Shown here piece after piece: positions 1 through 7,797 of a DNA stretch of 32,000 bases. Both the position numbers and the translations under genes were made by a program. The notes below the pieces were generated by a model. It worked only from the letters and a program-made list of their open reading frames with translations, made no database searches and was not told the DNA's origin. Source of the stretch: an uncultured Chloroflexia bacterium (GTDB taxonomy: Bacteria > Chloroflexota > Ktedonobacteria > Ktedonobacterales > JADMIN01); contig CAVRAI010000015.1 of assembly GCA_963718915.1 (NCBI GenBank), forward strand, positions 1,012,981 to 1,044,980. The letters run 5' to 3'. Numbering within the stretch: position 1 is the first letter of the stretch; every line of letters starts with the position of its first letter.

Positions 1-563
1 GTCAGGGGCCAGGGCATTGATCCTGGCCCATCACTCTCGTCGCGTCCTGCGCAGATGACGAGCAGTGACTCGTTAGGCGCGATGCAACGCGCAAGGTTCG
101 TCGCGACCCGCTCCCGCATCGCCTGGAAGGGCAGCGACTGGAGCGTGTAGATTTCCACTATCAAGTGAAACTGCATGCTCCATTTTTCTGGCAACGAAAG
201 TGCGTTCGCGAAGGTGTAGCGCACCTGCGAATCGGGAAAGCGCCGCCGACACCACGCTATCGCCTCGGGCGAGATATCGAAGGCGGTCACGTCGAAACCA
301 TAGCGGGCCATCGCCTCGGCATCGTCGCCCAGGCCACAGCCAACAACCAGCGCCCGTTTGCCTTCACCGCTGGGCTGGTTGCTCGTCACCCATTCGAGGA
401 GGAATGGATTGGGCCTCAGATGCGCCCATGGGATCGCCCCTGTGTCGCCCTCGGCGCCTCGATAGAGTTTCTCGAACCAGCCGGTGGGATCACGATTCTC
501 GATAGACTCTGTAGCGAGTTGCCGCAGTCGCGCGCGTGCCTGGGTTTTATCACTATCGGTCAT
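1..563 (-). CDS. class I SAM-dependent methyltransferase (3' end cut by window edge)
   Basis: Absent from the ORF track because no stop lies in the window. Own translation from ATG at 563: MTDSDKTQARARLRQLATESIENRDPTGWFEKLYRGAEGDTGAIPWAHLRPNPFLLEWVTSNQPSGEGKRALVVGCGLGDDAEAMARYGFDVTAFDISPEAIAWCRRRF... Contains glycine-rich SAM motif I (VVGCGLGDD). Its ATG overlaps the P450 TGA stop (ATGA at 560-563), suggesting translational coupling. Confidence 0.75.
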   Translation of the reverse strand, partial: MTDSDKTQARARLRQLATESIENRDPTGWFEKLYRGAEGDTGAIPWAHLRPNPFLLEWVTSNQPSGEGKRALVVGCGLGDDAEAMARYGFDVTAFDISPEAIAWCRRRFPDSQVRYTFANALSLPEKWSMQFHLIVEIYTLQSLPFQAMRERVATNLARCIAPNESLLVICAGRDESDGPGSMPWPL

Positions 564-2011
564 TGCGCATCTCCTTTCCCTCCGGAGTATACCGCCCCAT
601 CCGCAGTGCGATGCGCCGTCATCAGCAGGCTACCGCGCGGACGCAGTGTTACCAACGGCTCCGGGACTACGCGCGCGGTGGGTGCGAGGCGCAACTGATA
701 GCGGGACAGAAGCGTCGCCAGGATGAGTTGCGCCTCGATCAGAGCGAACTGGTTGCCGATGCACAGGCGCGGTCCTCCTCCGAACGGGAAGTAGGCGAAG
801 CGATGACGTCCAGTCGCACGTTCGGGCTCAAACCGTCCAGGATCGAAGGCGTCCGGTCGTTCCCAGAAGTCGGGATGGCGATGGGTCACATACTCAAAGA
901 CCAGAACGTACGCTCCTTTGGGGATGGTGTAACCGCTAATCTCGTCTTCCGCCAGCGCGTGGCGTCCCAATGCCCAGGCGGGCGGATAGAGGCGCATCGA
1001 CTCGTCGATGACCATGCGCGTGAGCGAGAGCTGTGGCAGATCATCCATGCGCGGTGGCCGTCCCCGCAACACACGCCGATACTCTGATTGGAGATTCGCC
1101 GCGATATCTGGGCGCTGCGCCAGCAGATAGAGCGTCCACGATAGCGTGTTGGCAGTTGTTTCGTGTCCGGCAAGCAATAAGGTCAGGATTTCGTCGCGAA
1201 TCTGCTGGTCCGACATACCTACCCCAGTCTCGGCGTCGCGCGCGTCGAGCAGCATCGCGAGCAGATCACTGCGCGGTTCGCTCAACGCACGGCGCTGTTG
1301 AATGATCGTGTCGACGACCGCGTGTAGCTCACGCCGGGCCTCACGTAGCCGATGACGTTGTGGTGTGGGAAGCGAGAGAATCCCCGGCAGGTAAAATGCC
1401 TCCGCTAGCAGGTGATTCGCTGTGGTGAGGGCGCGGCTGACACGCTCCAGCGCTTCGGCGGGCAGGTCCGCTCCAAAGAGAGCCTTGCAAACGATGCTCA
1501 AAGTCAGTCGGGACATCTCTTGCGGGATGTCGAGCGGACTGCCACTCCCTATAGCCCGAGCCGCTTCCAACTGGTTGAGCCATGCCGTAGTGGCCTCGGT
1601 TATCAGCGTCCCGAATGCGGCGACTCTGTCGCGGTGAAAGGCTGGTTGCATCAATCGCCGCTGCTGGAGCCACGATTCCCCATCGTTGGTCAGCAGACCC
1701 TTACCCAGAACGAGGCTGAGAATCCGATAGTCGGGGATGTCCTTGTTGTAGTTGAGATGATTCTCCTGCAAGACGCGGCGCACGCCGTCCGGGTGGAAAA
1801 CGAGCGTCAACCGACCCATCAGCGTCGGGACGGAAACGACATCTCCGTAGCGATTGCGCATTGCCTGACTAAAGTCGAGCGCATGACGTAAGAAACGAAG
1901 TGTGTTCCCAACCGCCGTATACCTGGACGGCCCCGGCATGCGGGACGAGCGACGTTTGCTGTGACTTGGGCGCTGCTCTGCATAGCGCGCCGATGACTCT
2001 GTGATCGTCAT
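560..2011 (-). CDS. cytochrome P450 monooxygenase
   Basis: 483-aa ORF with the heme-thiolate loop FPFGGGPRLCIGNQFA (FxxGxRxCxG), I-helix AGHETT and K-helix ESMRLYPP (ExxR). Confidence 0.92.
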   Translation of the reverse strand: MTITESSARYAEQRPSHSKRRSSRMPGPSRYTAVGNTLRFLRHALDFSQAMRNRYGDVVSVPTLMGRLTLVFHPDGVRRVLQENHLNYNKDIPDYRILSLVLGKGLLTNDGESWLQQRRLMQPAFHRDRVAAFGTLITEATTAWLNQLEAARAIGSGSPLDIPQEMSRLTLSIVCKALFGADLPAEALERVSRALTTANHLLAEAFYLPGILSLPTPQRHRLREARRELHAVVDTIIQQRRALSEPRSDLLAMLLDARDAETGVGMSDQQIRDEILTLLLAGHETTANTLSWTLYLLAQRPDIAANLQSEYRRVLRGRPPRMDDLPQLSLTRMVIDESMRLYPPAWALGRHALAEDEISGYTIPKGAYVLVFEYVTHRHPDFWERPDAFDPGRFEPERATGRHRFAYFPFGGGPRLCIGNQFALIEAQLILATLLSRYQLRLAPTARVVPEPLVTLRPRGSLLMTAHRTADGAVYSGGKGDAQ

Positions 2012-2076
2012 ATGGACCTTCCTTAACGTATGCTAGCCGGGTCAAGACTGTGCCATTGGCCCGGCCAGTGAAAATG

Positions 2077-2724
2077 CTAGTGACTGGAGCGAGTGATGCT
2101 GGCCTCGTTGGCCAACGAATGCTGAAGTGACGTGGTAACCTCAAAATCGGGCTGTGAAGCTACAGTCGCTGGATTCCGGCGAGGCTTCGCCGTTGTTGCT
2201 CCAATAATGGCTCCCATCGTCATGGTTACGGCCATTACTAGTAGTGAAGCCAGCCAGCCCAGTTTAGTCGTCATCAGAAAGACGATACCCAGCGCTATGC
2301 CATTCGCCAGATGCGCGGAAATCCACAGTATTGGGTTATAGATGCGACGGCGCAGTTCTGGTGAAATCACCTCGGACTTTCCATATGCCATCGCCGTTCG
2401 CTGGACGACGCGCAGCTTGCGGACCGTAATTCCCATACCGAGCGCCGCCATCAGCAGCATCGCGCCTATCGAGACGACAATCCACGGTGTGTCGATGCCC
2501 CACGTGGTAAACATCATGTAGCCGCCAGCGAGCAGAATCAGGGCGGCGGAGAGCGGCCCGAGTATCGCCACAGGTCTTAAGAGGCCACTCCAAAGGCGCA
2601 TCTGGCTAATCGACTGCGCCCGACGGAAGCCAAGGATGACCGTCCATTGCAGCCCCATCCCGATGAAGAGGCTGAGCACACCGACCAGGTGGGCAAACAG
2701 GATGAGTGTATAGAGACTCATCAA
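2077..2724 (-). CDS. integral membrane protein of unknown function (about 6 hydrophobic helices; DUF2269-like by eye)
   Basis: 215-aa ORF with repeated hydrophobic segments (LILFAHLVGVLSLFIGMGLQW, ILGPLSAALILLAGGYMMF, and others). Sits between the MFS and P450 genes on the same strand. Confidence 0.6.
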   Translation of the reverse strand: MMSLYTLILFAHLVGVLSLFIGMGLQWTVILGFRRAQSISQMRLWSGLLRPVAILGPLSAALILLAGGYMMFTTWGIDTPWIVVSIGAMLLMAALGMGITVRKLRVVQRTAMAYGKSEVISPELRRRIYNPILWISAHLANGIALGIVFLMTTKLGWLASLLVMAVTMTMGAIIGATTAKPRRNPATVASQPDFEVTTSLQHSLANEASITRSSH

Positions 2725-2750
2725 AGCGAAATCCTCTCTGTAGTGGTGGA

Positions 2751-4253
2751 TTAGTGGTGGAAGTGCAACTTGCGCGCTCCCGCCGGAGCCGGTTCTTTCG
2801 TCCCTGCTGCGTCGGCGGGCGCCGGTTTGGGCTGTCGGAGGATCGCCAGCGCCAGCACAGCGCCCAGGACCGCGAAGAGCGCAGCGCCAAGAAAGCCCGC
2901 CTGAAAGCCGGTTGCCAGCGTTGTGAGACTGGTCTGTGGGGGCATGGATCCGATACGCGCGACAGAAACAGCAGTGAGCGCCGCGATACCAATGCCGCTA
3001 CCAACCCGTTGCATGGTGTTCATCAGCCCGGAAGCGAGGCCAGTCTCCTCTTTTTTGACAGCGGTGACGGCGGCGATGTTCGATCCGGCAAAGGCGCAGG
3101 GTAGCCCCATGGCGACGATGATACTGGCTGGCAGAATGTCGAGGAGATAGTTGCCGGGAACGGGGACGCGCGCAAAGAGCAGCAGGCCAATCGCCAGCAG
3201 GAGCATCCCCGCGACCAGCACTCCTCTTGAGCCAAGGTGATCCAGCGCCCTGGGCAAGACCAGCAATGAGAAGACCAGGCTTACGGCGCCAACTGGCAGG
3301 ATCGCTAGCCCCGCAATCAGGGCGTTGTAGCCAAGCACTTGCTGGAGGTAGAGCGAGAGCAGGAAGAACATCGGCGCGTGGGCGGCTCCGACCAGAAAAC
3401 TGACGATGTTTGCGCCATTGGCGTTGCGGATGCGGAAGATACGCAGTGGTACCAGCGGCGATGCTGAGCGCGCCTCGATGACCGGGAACGCGAGGAGGAG
3501 CAGCGCAGCCAGCGCGAGCGAGCCGAACGCCAGTGGCGAACTCCATCCGTATTCCTGGCCAGCGATTGGCGCGTATGCCAGCAGCCCAACAGCCATCGTA
3601 ACCACCAGCGCGCCCAGAACGTCGAGTCGCCGCCCCTGCCCAGTTGCGCGGCTTTCAGGAAGCAGTCGCGGGCTAAGCGATAGCGCGAGCGCGCCGATGG
3701 GGACGTTGATCAGGAATATCCACGGCCAACCCGCAAGTTGAGTCAACACCCCACCCAGCAGCAATCCGAAGATGCCTCCGGCGGCCCCCATCGCGCCCCA
3801 GATGCCGAATGCGCGGTTGAATTCGTCGGTATCGGTAAAGATGGTCACCAGCAACGATTGTTCGGCGGGGATGACAATCGCCGCGCCGACCCCCTGCAAC
3901 GCGCGCGCGAGCAGCAGGACGCCGCCAGTCGGGGCGAAACCAGCCGCTAGGGAGCTGGCGGTAAACAGTCCCAGACCGATCAGAAAAAAGCGCCGTCGCC
4001 CAAAGAGGTCGGCGGCGCGTCCGCCGAGCAGCAGAAAGCCGCCAAAGACGAGAATGTAAGCGTTCTGCACCCATTGCAGATCCGCCTCGGAGAAGTGTAA
4101 TCCTGTCTTGATGGCAGGCAGGGCGATATTGACAATCGAGGTATCGAGCAGGATCATGAACTCGATTGCCGAGAGCAGTACCAGCGCTATCCAGCGCTGG
4201 CGCGCAGTGGTGTGCGTGCTATCCATCGCACCGTGTTCCTTTCGTGACGCCAC
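2751..4253 (-). CDS. MFS transporter, DHA2 (EmrB/QacA-like, 14-TMS) drug:H+ antiporter type
   Basis: 500-aa ORF. N-terminus LSAIEFMILLDTSIVNIALPAI plus GRAADLFGRRRFF (MFS motif A-like). Hydrophobic throughout, with length typical of 14-TMS DHA2. The true start may be the internal MDSTHTT at 4226. Confidence 0.88.
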   Translation of the reverse strand: MASRKEHGAMDSTHTTARQRWIALVLLSAIEFMILLDTSIVNIALPAIKTGLHFSEADLQWVQNAYILVFGGFLLLGGRAADLFGRRRFFLIGLGLFTASSLAAGFAPTGGVLLLARALQGVGAAIVIPAEQSLLVTIFTDTDEFNRAFGIWGAMGAAGGIFGLLLGGVLTQLAGWPWIFLINVPIGALALSLSPRLLPESRATGQGRRLDVLGALVVTMAVGLLAYAPIAGQEYGWSSPLAFGSLALAALLLLAFPVIEARSASPLVPLRIFRIRNANGANIVSFLVGAAHAPMFFLLSLYLQQVLGYNALIAGLAILPVGAVSLVFSLLVLPRALDHLGSRGVLVAGMLLLAIGLLLFARVPVPGNYLLDILPASIIVAMGLPCAFAGSNIAAVTAVKKEETGLASGLMNTMQRVGSGIGIAALTAVSVARIGSMPPQTSLTTLATGFQAGFLGAALFAVLGAVLALAILRQPKPAPADAAGTKEPAPAGARKLHFHH

Positions 4254-4291
4254 TCAGTGGTGTCAGTTGGCAGGCAGTTGCCCACGCTAAT

Positions 4292-4344
4292 ATAGTTGCA
4301 AGTTACAACCATATAATAGTTGTATAATACAACTATTTAGTTGT
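4292..4344. promoter_or_regulatory. putative MarR operator and divergent promoter region
   Basis: Perfect 10-1-10 palindrome ATAGTTGTAT-A-ATACAACTAT at 4316-4336. A degenerate copy (ATAGTTGCAAGTTACAACCATAT) lies at 4292-4314 and an extra half-site TAGTTGT at 4338-4344. AT-rich TATAAT hexamers at 4312-4317 and 4323-4328 overlap the sites. Located in the 94-bp gap between the divergent MFS and MarR genes. Confidence 0.6.
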
Positions 4345-4347
4345 GCG

Positions 4348-4830
4348 ATGCAACCCCTGTGTGCGAAGATAGTGAGTATGGAAGACGCATCGTTCGATCA
4401 GCTCTTGATGGATGTCATACGCGAGATGGGCGTGCTACGGCCTGAGCAGGTCTTGCCCGGTTGGTCGCTCTCGCTCTCGGAGATCTATGCGCTCAACATC
4501 CTGGCGGAGCGCGCGCCAATCTCACAGCAGGATCTGGGCGCCGCGCTCTTGCTCGAAAAGAGCAGTGTCACCCGGCTGGTTCAGCAGTTAGAGCAGCGCG
4601 GGTGGGTATTGCGCGAGCGCGATGCGCATGACAATCGTCTGCGCCTGTTGCGGCTTACTGAACTGGGCGCGCGAATGACCGAACAGATGCATCGGCACAT
4701 GCACGAACGGCATGCCGAACTCTTTGACCGATTATCACCCGAGGAACAGTCGGCGCTGATGATGGGTCTTACAGCGTTAAAGCGTGCGTTTCAGAACTCC
4801 ACCTGGCGTCAACAACAAACCGGTGAATAA
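4348..4830 (+). CDS. MarR family transcriptional regulator
   Basis: 160-aa ORF with a winged-HTH core: LSEIYALNILAERAPISQQDLGAALLLEKSSVTRLVQQLEQRGWVLRERDAHDNRLRLLRLTELG. An alternative start is MEDASF at 4378. Confidence 0.88.
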   Translation: MQPLCAKIVSMEDASFDQLLMDVIREMGVLRPEQVLPGWSLSLSEIYALNILAERAPISQQDLGAALLLEKSSVTRLVQQLEQRGWVLRERDAHDNRLRLLRLTELGARMTEQMHRHMHERHAELFDRLSPEEQSALMMGLTALKRAFQNSTWRQQQTGE

Positions 4831-4929
4831 TCGTCTGGTCGTCGAATTCAGGCAGAACGACCTTTGGGGCGCATGGTAGTGTACACGTGAATGCCAGCAG
4901 GAATACAGTAGAGGGGGCTGAGCGCGCTC

Positions 4930-5763
4930 ATGGATACTCCGACAGCATTGTCCGTCCGCGATATAGAAGGCTATCTGGAGCGTATCCGCTTTACGCAGCG
5001 ATCTGGCTCTCTTGAATCGTCACATCAGTTACTGAGCGATCTGCACGAGGCGCATATGCTGGCCGCGCCGTTCGAGAACCTCTCCATCCATTATGGCCAG
5101 CCCATCGTGCTGCGCAACGAGCTACTCTACGACAAGATTGTGCGGCGAAGGCGCGGCGGGTTCTGCTACGAACTGAACGGTATGTTCGCGTGGCTGCTGC
5201 GACAGCTAAGCTTCAAGGTGACGTTGCTCTCGGCGGAGGTCGCCGAATCGGGTGGAATCTTCAGCGCTCCATATGACCACCTGACATTGCTGGCGCACCA
5301 GGTGGATGGCGCGGACTGGCTGGCCGACGTGGGCTTCGGCGACTCGTTCCGCCAACCACTGCGGTTTCAAGCCGATGTGGAGCAGGATGGCGCGGATGGG
5401 CGCATCTATCGCTTGCGGGAAGGCGAACATGCTGATAGTGCGCCTATGGGAGAGCAACAGTTCTCCTACTGGCTTGTCGAGCAGCGCGACGATCCAGAAA
5501 CGCAGTGGGAGCCAGTCTATCGCTTCACGCTTCAGCCACACGCGCTGGCCGATTTTACGGGGCGCTGCATATTTCAGCAGACCTCGCCCGAATCGCACTT
5601 CACCCAGAAGCGCATCTGCTCACTCGCCCTGCCGAATGGGCGTATCTCGCTCAGCGATCTTCGCCTGATTACGACGCTGGATGGCAATCGCGAGGAGCGG
5701 ATACTGTCGTCCGAAGACGAGTATCGGACGGTTCTGGCCGAGCGCTTCGGCGTTGTGATATAG
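4930..5763 (+). CDS. nat: arylamine N-acetyltransferase
   Basis: 277-aa ORF. FENLSIH...RRRRGGFCYELNGMFAWLL carries the catalytic Cys in the RGG(F/Y)CxELN motif typical of NAT enzymes. Length is typical for the family. Confidence 0.88.
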   Translation: MDTPTALSVRDIEGYLERIRFTQRSGSLESSHQLLSDLHEAHMLAAPFENLSIHYGQPIVLRNELLYDKIVRRRRGGFCYELNGMFAWLLRQLSFKVTLLSAEVAESGGIFSAPYDHLTLLAHQVDGADWLADVGFGDSFRQPLRFQADVEQDGADGRIYRLREGEHADSAPMGEQQFSYWLVEQRDDPETQWEPVYRFTLQPHALADFTGRCIFQQTSPESHFTQKRICSLALPNGRISLSDLRLITTLDGNREERILSSEDEYRTVLAERFGVVI

Positions 5764-5977
5764 ACGCGCTATTCCATGCTCGCCATGATAGCCATGCTCG
5801 GCAAAGAGCAGAGTGTCAGCCTGCACGATCCGCTCGTGGTCTTTCGTTCGGTACCTTTGGTATCGCCATCGGCGCGTCTCACAGTCTCAAACACACGTTG
5901 ATGGTGAAGACGGTGCGACGAGTGTATCAGTGGCTTACCTCGCATGAACATATGTGCGGTCACGGCCAGCCGATTTC

Positions 5978-6150
5978 TTGACACTCCGCATAGGCTAAAG
6001 CCTTAGCGGATGCTCGGTTCGTCCCCGCAGGCTACCCCGCGAGTCCCCGAAGGGCCTGCCCGGCCCATTGAATGTTTCTAGCCGCGTTCTCATCGCGGTC
6101 GAGGACGAGTCCACAGGACGTGCAGACGTGGGTGCGCACGCTCAAAGATT
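5978..6150 (-). ncRNA. predicted TnpB omega-RNA (reRNA) scaffold overlapping the tnpB 3' end and right end
   Basis: Position only. In characterised IS200/IS605 TnpB systems the guide RNA scaffold derives from the tnpB 3' end plus the RE, and the guide is read from flanking DNA. No covariance model or expression data were available, and the 5' boundary is a guess. Confidence 0.3.
5986..6009. repeat. IS right-end subterminal imperfect hairpin
   Basis: CCGCATAGGCTAAAGCCTTAGCGG: CCGC/GCGG and AGGCT/AGCCT stems separated by an AT/TA mismatch. Lies 22 nt beyond the tnpB stop. Confidence 0.7.
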
Positions 6151-7171
6151 TGGGCACGCGTTCCCCACAGCCGCTACAGTCTTGCGAGGTGTAGGCAGGT
6201 GGCACGGCGACGACCCGACGCCCAGCATATGCTGCTTTGGCTTCGAGGATGGTACGGAACTGCGCCCAGCCCGCATCGCTGATGCTCTTCGCGAGGCGAG
6301 GATTCCGTACCATGTTGGCGACCTGCAAGTCTTCGAGATAGATCGTGTCGTACTGGCGCAAGAGCTTCAACGCCGTCTTGTGGTGAAAGTCCGCCCGCTG
6401 GCGCTTGACCGTCTGATGCGCCCGTTGCAGGTTCCCGACGGCTTTTCTGCGGCGGTGGCTGCCCTTCTTGCGCCTGGAGACGCGCCGCTGCGCCTTGGCG
6501 AGGTGCTTCTCACCCCGGCGGTAGTGCCGTGGATTCTCCACGGCTTCACCCTCGGCAGTGATGAGGAACACCTTCAAGCCCACGTCAATGCCGGTCTCAC
6601 GTCCGGTGGGTGGCAACGGCTGCGCTGGCGCCTCGGCGCACGAGATGATGGCATACCAGCCATCGGCTTCGTGCGAGAGGGTGACGGTCTTGGGCGATCC
6701 CTCCAATGGACGCGACCACCGCATGGCCACACGGCCTATCTTCGACAGGACGAGAAAGCCGTTATCCAGCCGCGCGCCGTTGCCGTACTGCTTGTAGGTG
6801 AAGGAGTGGTAGCGGTTGCGCCCCTGAAAGCGCGGGAAGCCGGGTGTCTGGCCCGCTTTCATCCGGCGAAAGAACGTCTTATAGGTCTTGTCGAGCCGCG
6901 TCAACACATCCTGCAAGACCTGGCTGTGGATGGCTGCGTACTCAGGGAACGCCGCTTTCAGATCGGGCAATTCGGCGTGCTGCTCATAGCTGGTGCGGGT
7001 GACCCCGCGTTGGCGGTAGAGGGTGATGCGCTGTTCCAGCGCGGTGTTGTAGAGCCTGCGACACTGCCAGAGCGTCTCGTCCAACCTCCGCTCCTGTGCA
7101 GGCGTTGGCTTGAGCTTATACTTGTAGGCTTTGCGCAAGCTCTCGGTGCTCTCGGTGCTCACGCAACTCAC
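6032..7171 (-). CDS. tnpB: TnpB (IS605 OrfB family) RNA-guided nuclease
   Basis: 379-aa ORF. RuvC-like triad candidates are GIDVGL, IYLEDL and LDRDENAARNI. Zinc ribbon CSGCGERVPKSLSVRTHVCTSCG. N-terminus KAYKYKLKPTPAQ is typical of OrfB. Confidence 0.92.
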   Translation of the reverse strand: MSCVSTESTESLRKAYKYKLKPTPAQERRLDETLWQCRRLYNTALEQRITLYRQRGVTRTSYEQHAELPDLKAAFPEYAAIHSQVLQDVLTRLDKTYKTFFRRMKAGQTPGFPRFQGRNRYHSFTYKQYGNGARLDNGFLVLSKIGRVAMRWSRPLEGSPKTVTLSHEADGWYAIISCAEAPAQPLPPTGRETGIDVGLKVFLITAEGEAVENPRHYRRGEKHLAKAQRRVSRRKKGSHRRRKAVGNLQRAHQTVKRQRADFHHKTALKLLRQYDTIYLEDLQVANMVRNPRLAKSISDAGWAQFRTILEAKAAYAGRRVVAVPPAYTSQDCSGCGERVPKSLSVRTHVCTSCGLVLDRDENAARNIQWAGQALRGLAG

Positions 7172-7180
7172 GCAACTCTC

Positions 7181-7579
7181 CTATTGGCGACTTTGCGCCG
7201 CGATGTAGCGTTGGATGGTTTCGCTACTGACCTTGCCAGCGGTACTGGCAAAATACGAACGTGTCCACAACGAAGGCAGCCGGTGCAATTCCGGGAACTC
7301 CTTGCGGAGGGTGAAGGCGGAGAAGCCCTTGCACTCTTTCACGACATCCGCCGCGCTCACCGAGGGCCAGACCCGCACCAAGAGATGGACATGATCGGGC
7401 TGCATCGCCAGTGCCAAAATGGTCCAGCCCTTCTCAGCACACTTCTGGCGAATCAACTCCTCGCAGCGTGTGCCAATCTGATTCACGAGCACCTTTCTTC
7501 GGCGCTTGGGACACCAGATGAGATGGTAGACAATCAGATGCACCTGATGTTCGTCGCGTTGGTAGTCCAGCGTGCTCAA
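7181..7579 (-). CDS. tnpA: IS200/IS605 Y1 (HUH) transposase TnpA
   Basis: HUH motif in PDHVHLLV and catalytic Tyr region SYFASTAGKVSSETIQRYI. The ORF is open back to 7651, but an in-frame TTG at 7579, preceded by GGAG (7594-7591), gives a typical 132-aa protein beginning LSTLDYQRDEHQVHLIVYHLIW. Start choice is uncertain. Confidence 0.85.
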   Translation of the reverse strand: MSTLDYQRDEHQVHLIVYHLIWCPKRRRKVLVNQIGTRCEELIRQKCAEKGWTILALAMQPDHVHLLVRVWPSVSAADVVKECKGFSAFTLRKEFPELHRLPSLWTRSYFASTAGKVSSETIQRYIAAQSRQ

Positions 7580-7593
7580 TAGCGTTGTTTCTC

Positions 7594-7622
7594 CTGTAGA
7601 TATTCTACGATAACATCTACAG
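7594..7622 (-). promoter_or_regulatory. hairpin in the tnpA leader overlapping the putative RBS
   Basis: CTGTAGAT (7594-7601) and ATCTACAG (7615-7622) form a perfect 8-bp inverted repeat with a 13-nt loop. A nested GTAGA-TAT-TCTAC stem lies at 7596-7608. The outer arm abuts and overlaps the GGAG at 7591-7594. Confidence 0.5.
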
Positions 7623-7673
7623 TATGGCAAGCGGCGGGACTTCTGGCTCAAGCCGCAGAGGAAGCCCTTTCAT

Positions 7674-7697
7674 CCGCATGGCCTGAAGGCATAGCGG
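7674..7697. repeat. IS left-end subterminal imperfect hairpin
   Basis: CCGCATGGCCTGAAGGCATAGCGG. It has the same outer CCGC/GCGG stem and the same mismatch architecture as the right-end copy (19/24 identical, same orientation). Confidence 0.7.
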
Positions 7698-7797
7698 CTT
7701 TACGGGCTATTCTGTAACACTTTTGACACATGCCTGACGCATCGTGGCGCTATACTTCGGCGAGAAATAACCTGGAGCGCGCGATGGAGAGAAACAT

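Larger units (their letters stand above)
5978..7713 (-). mobile_element. IS200/IS605-family insertion sequence (tnpA + tnpB), about 1.74 kb; ends inferred
   Basis: Y1 transposase and TnpB genes in tandem, flanked by two related imperfect palindromes (5986-6009 and 7674-7697, 19/24 identical). On the minus strand, TTAC lies 16 nt 5' of the left hairpin (7717-7714) and TCAA ends 8 nt 3' of the right hairpin (5981-5978). This mirrors the IS608 cleavage-site layout. The exact ends are inferred by analogy. Confidence 0.7.

Noticed and set aside
4296-4328. Assigning precise -35/-10 promoter hexamers in the MFS/MarR intergenic region
   Set aside because: Several TATAAT-like hexamers exist, but none has a TTGnnn box at 16-18 bp spacing. 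Only the operator-like palindromes are well supported.
6068-7582. 504-aa plus-strand ORF, the longest ORF in this part of the window
   Set aside because: It runs antisense across both tnpB and tnpA, whose minus-strand translations carry clear family motifs. Its composition (Arg/Ala/Leu/Gly-rich, no motifs) is typical of shadow ORFs in GC-rich DNA.
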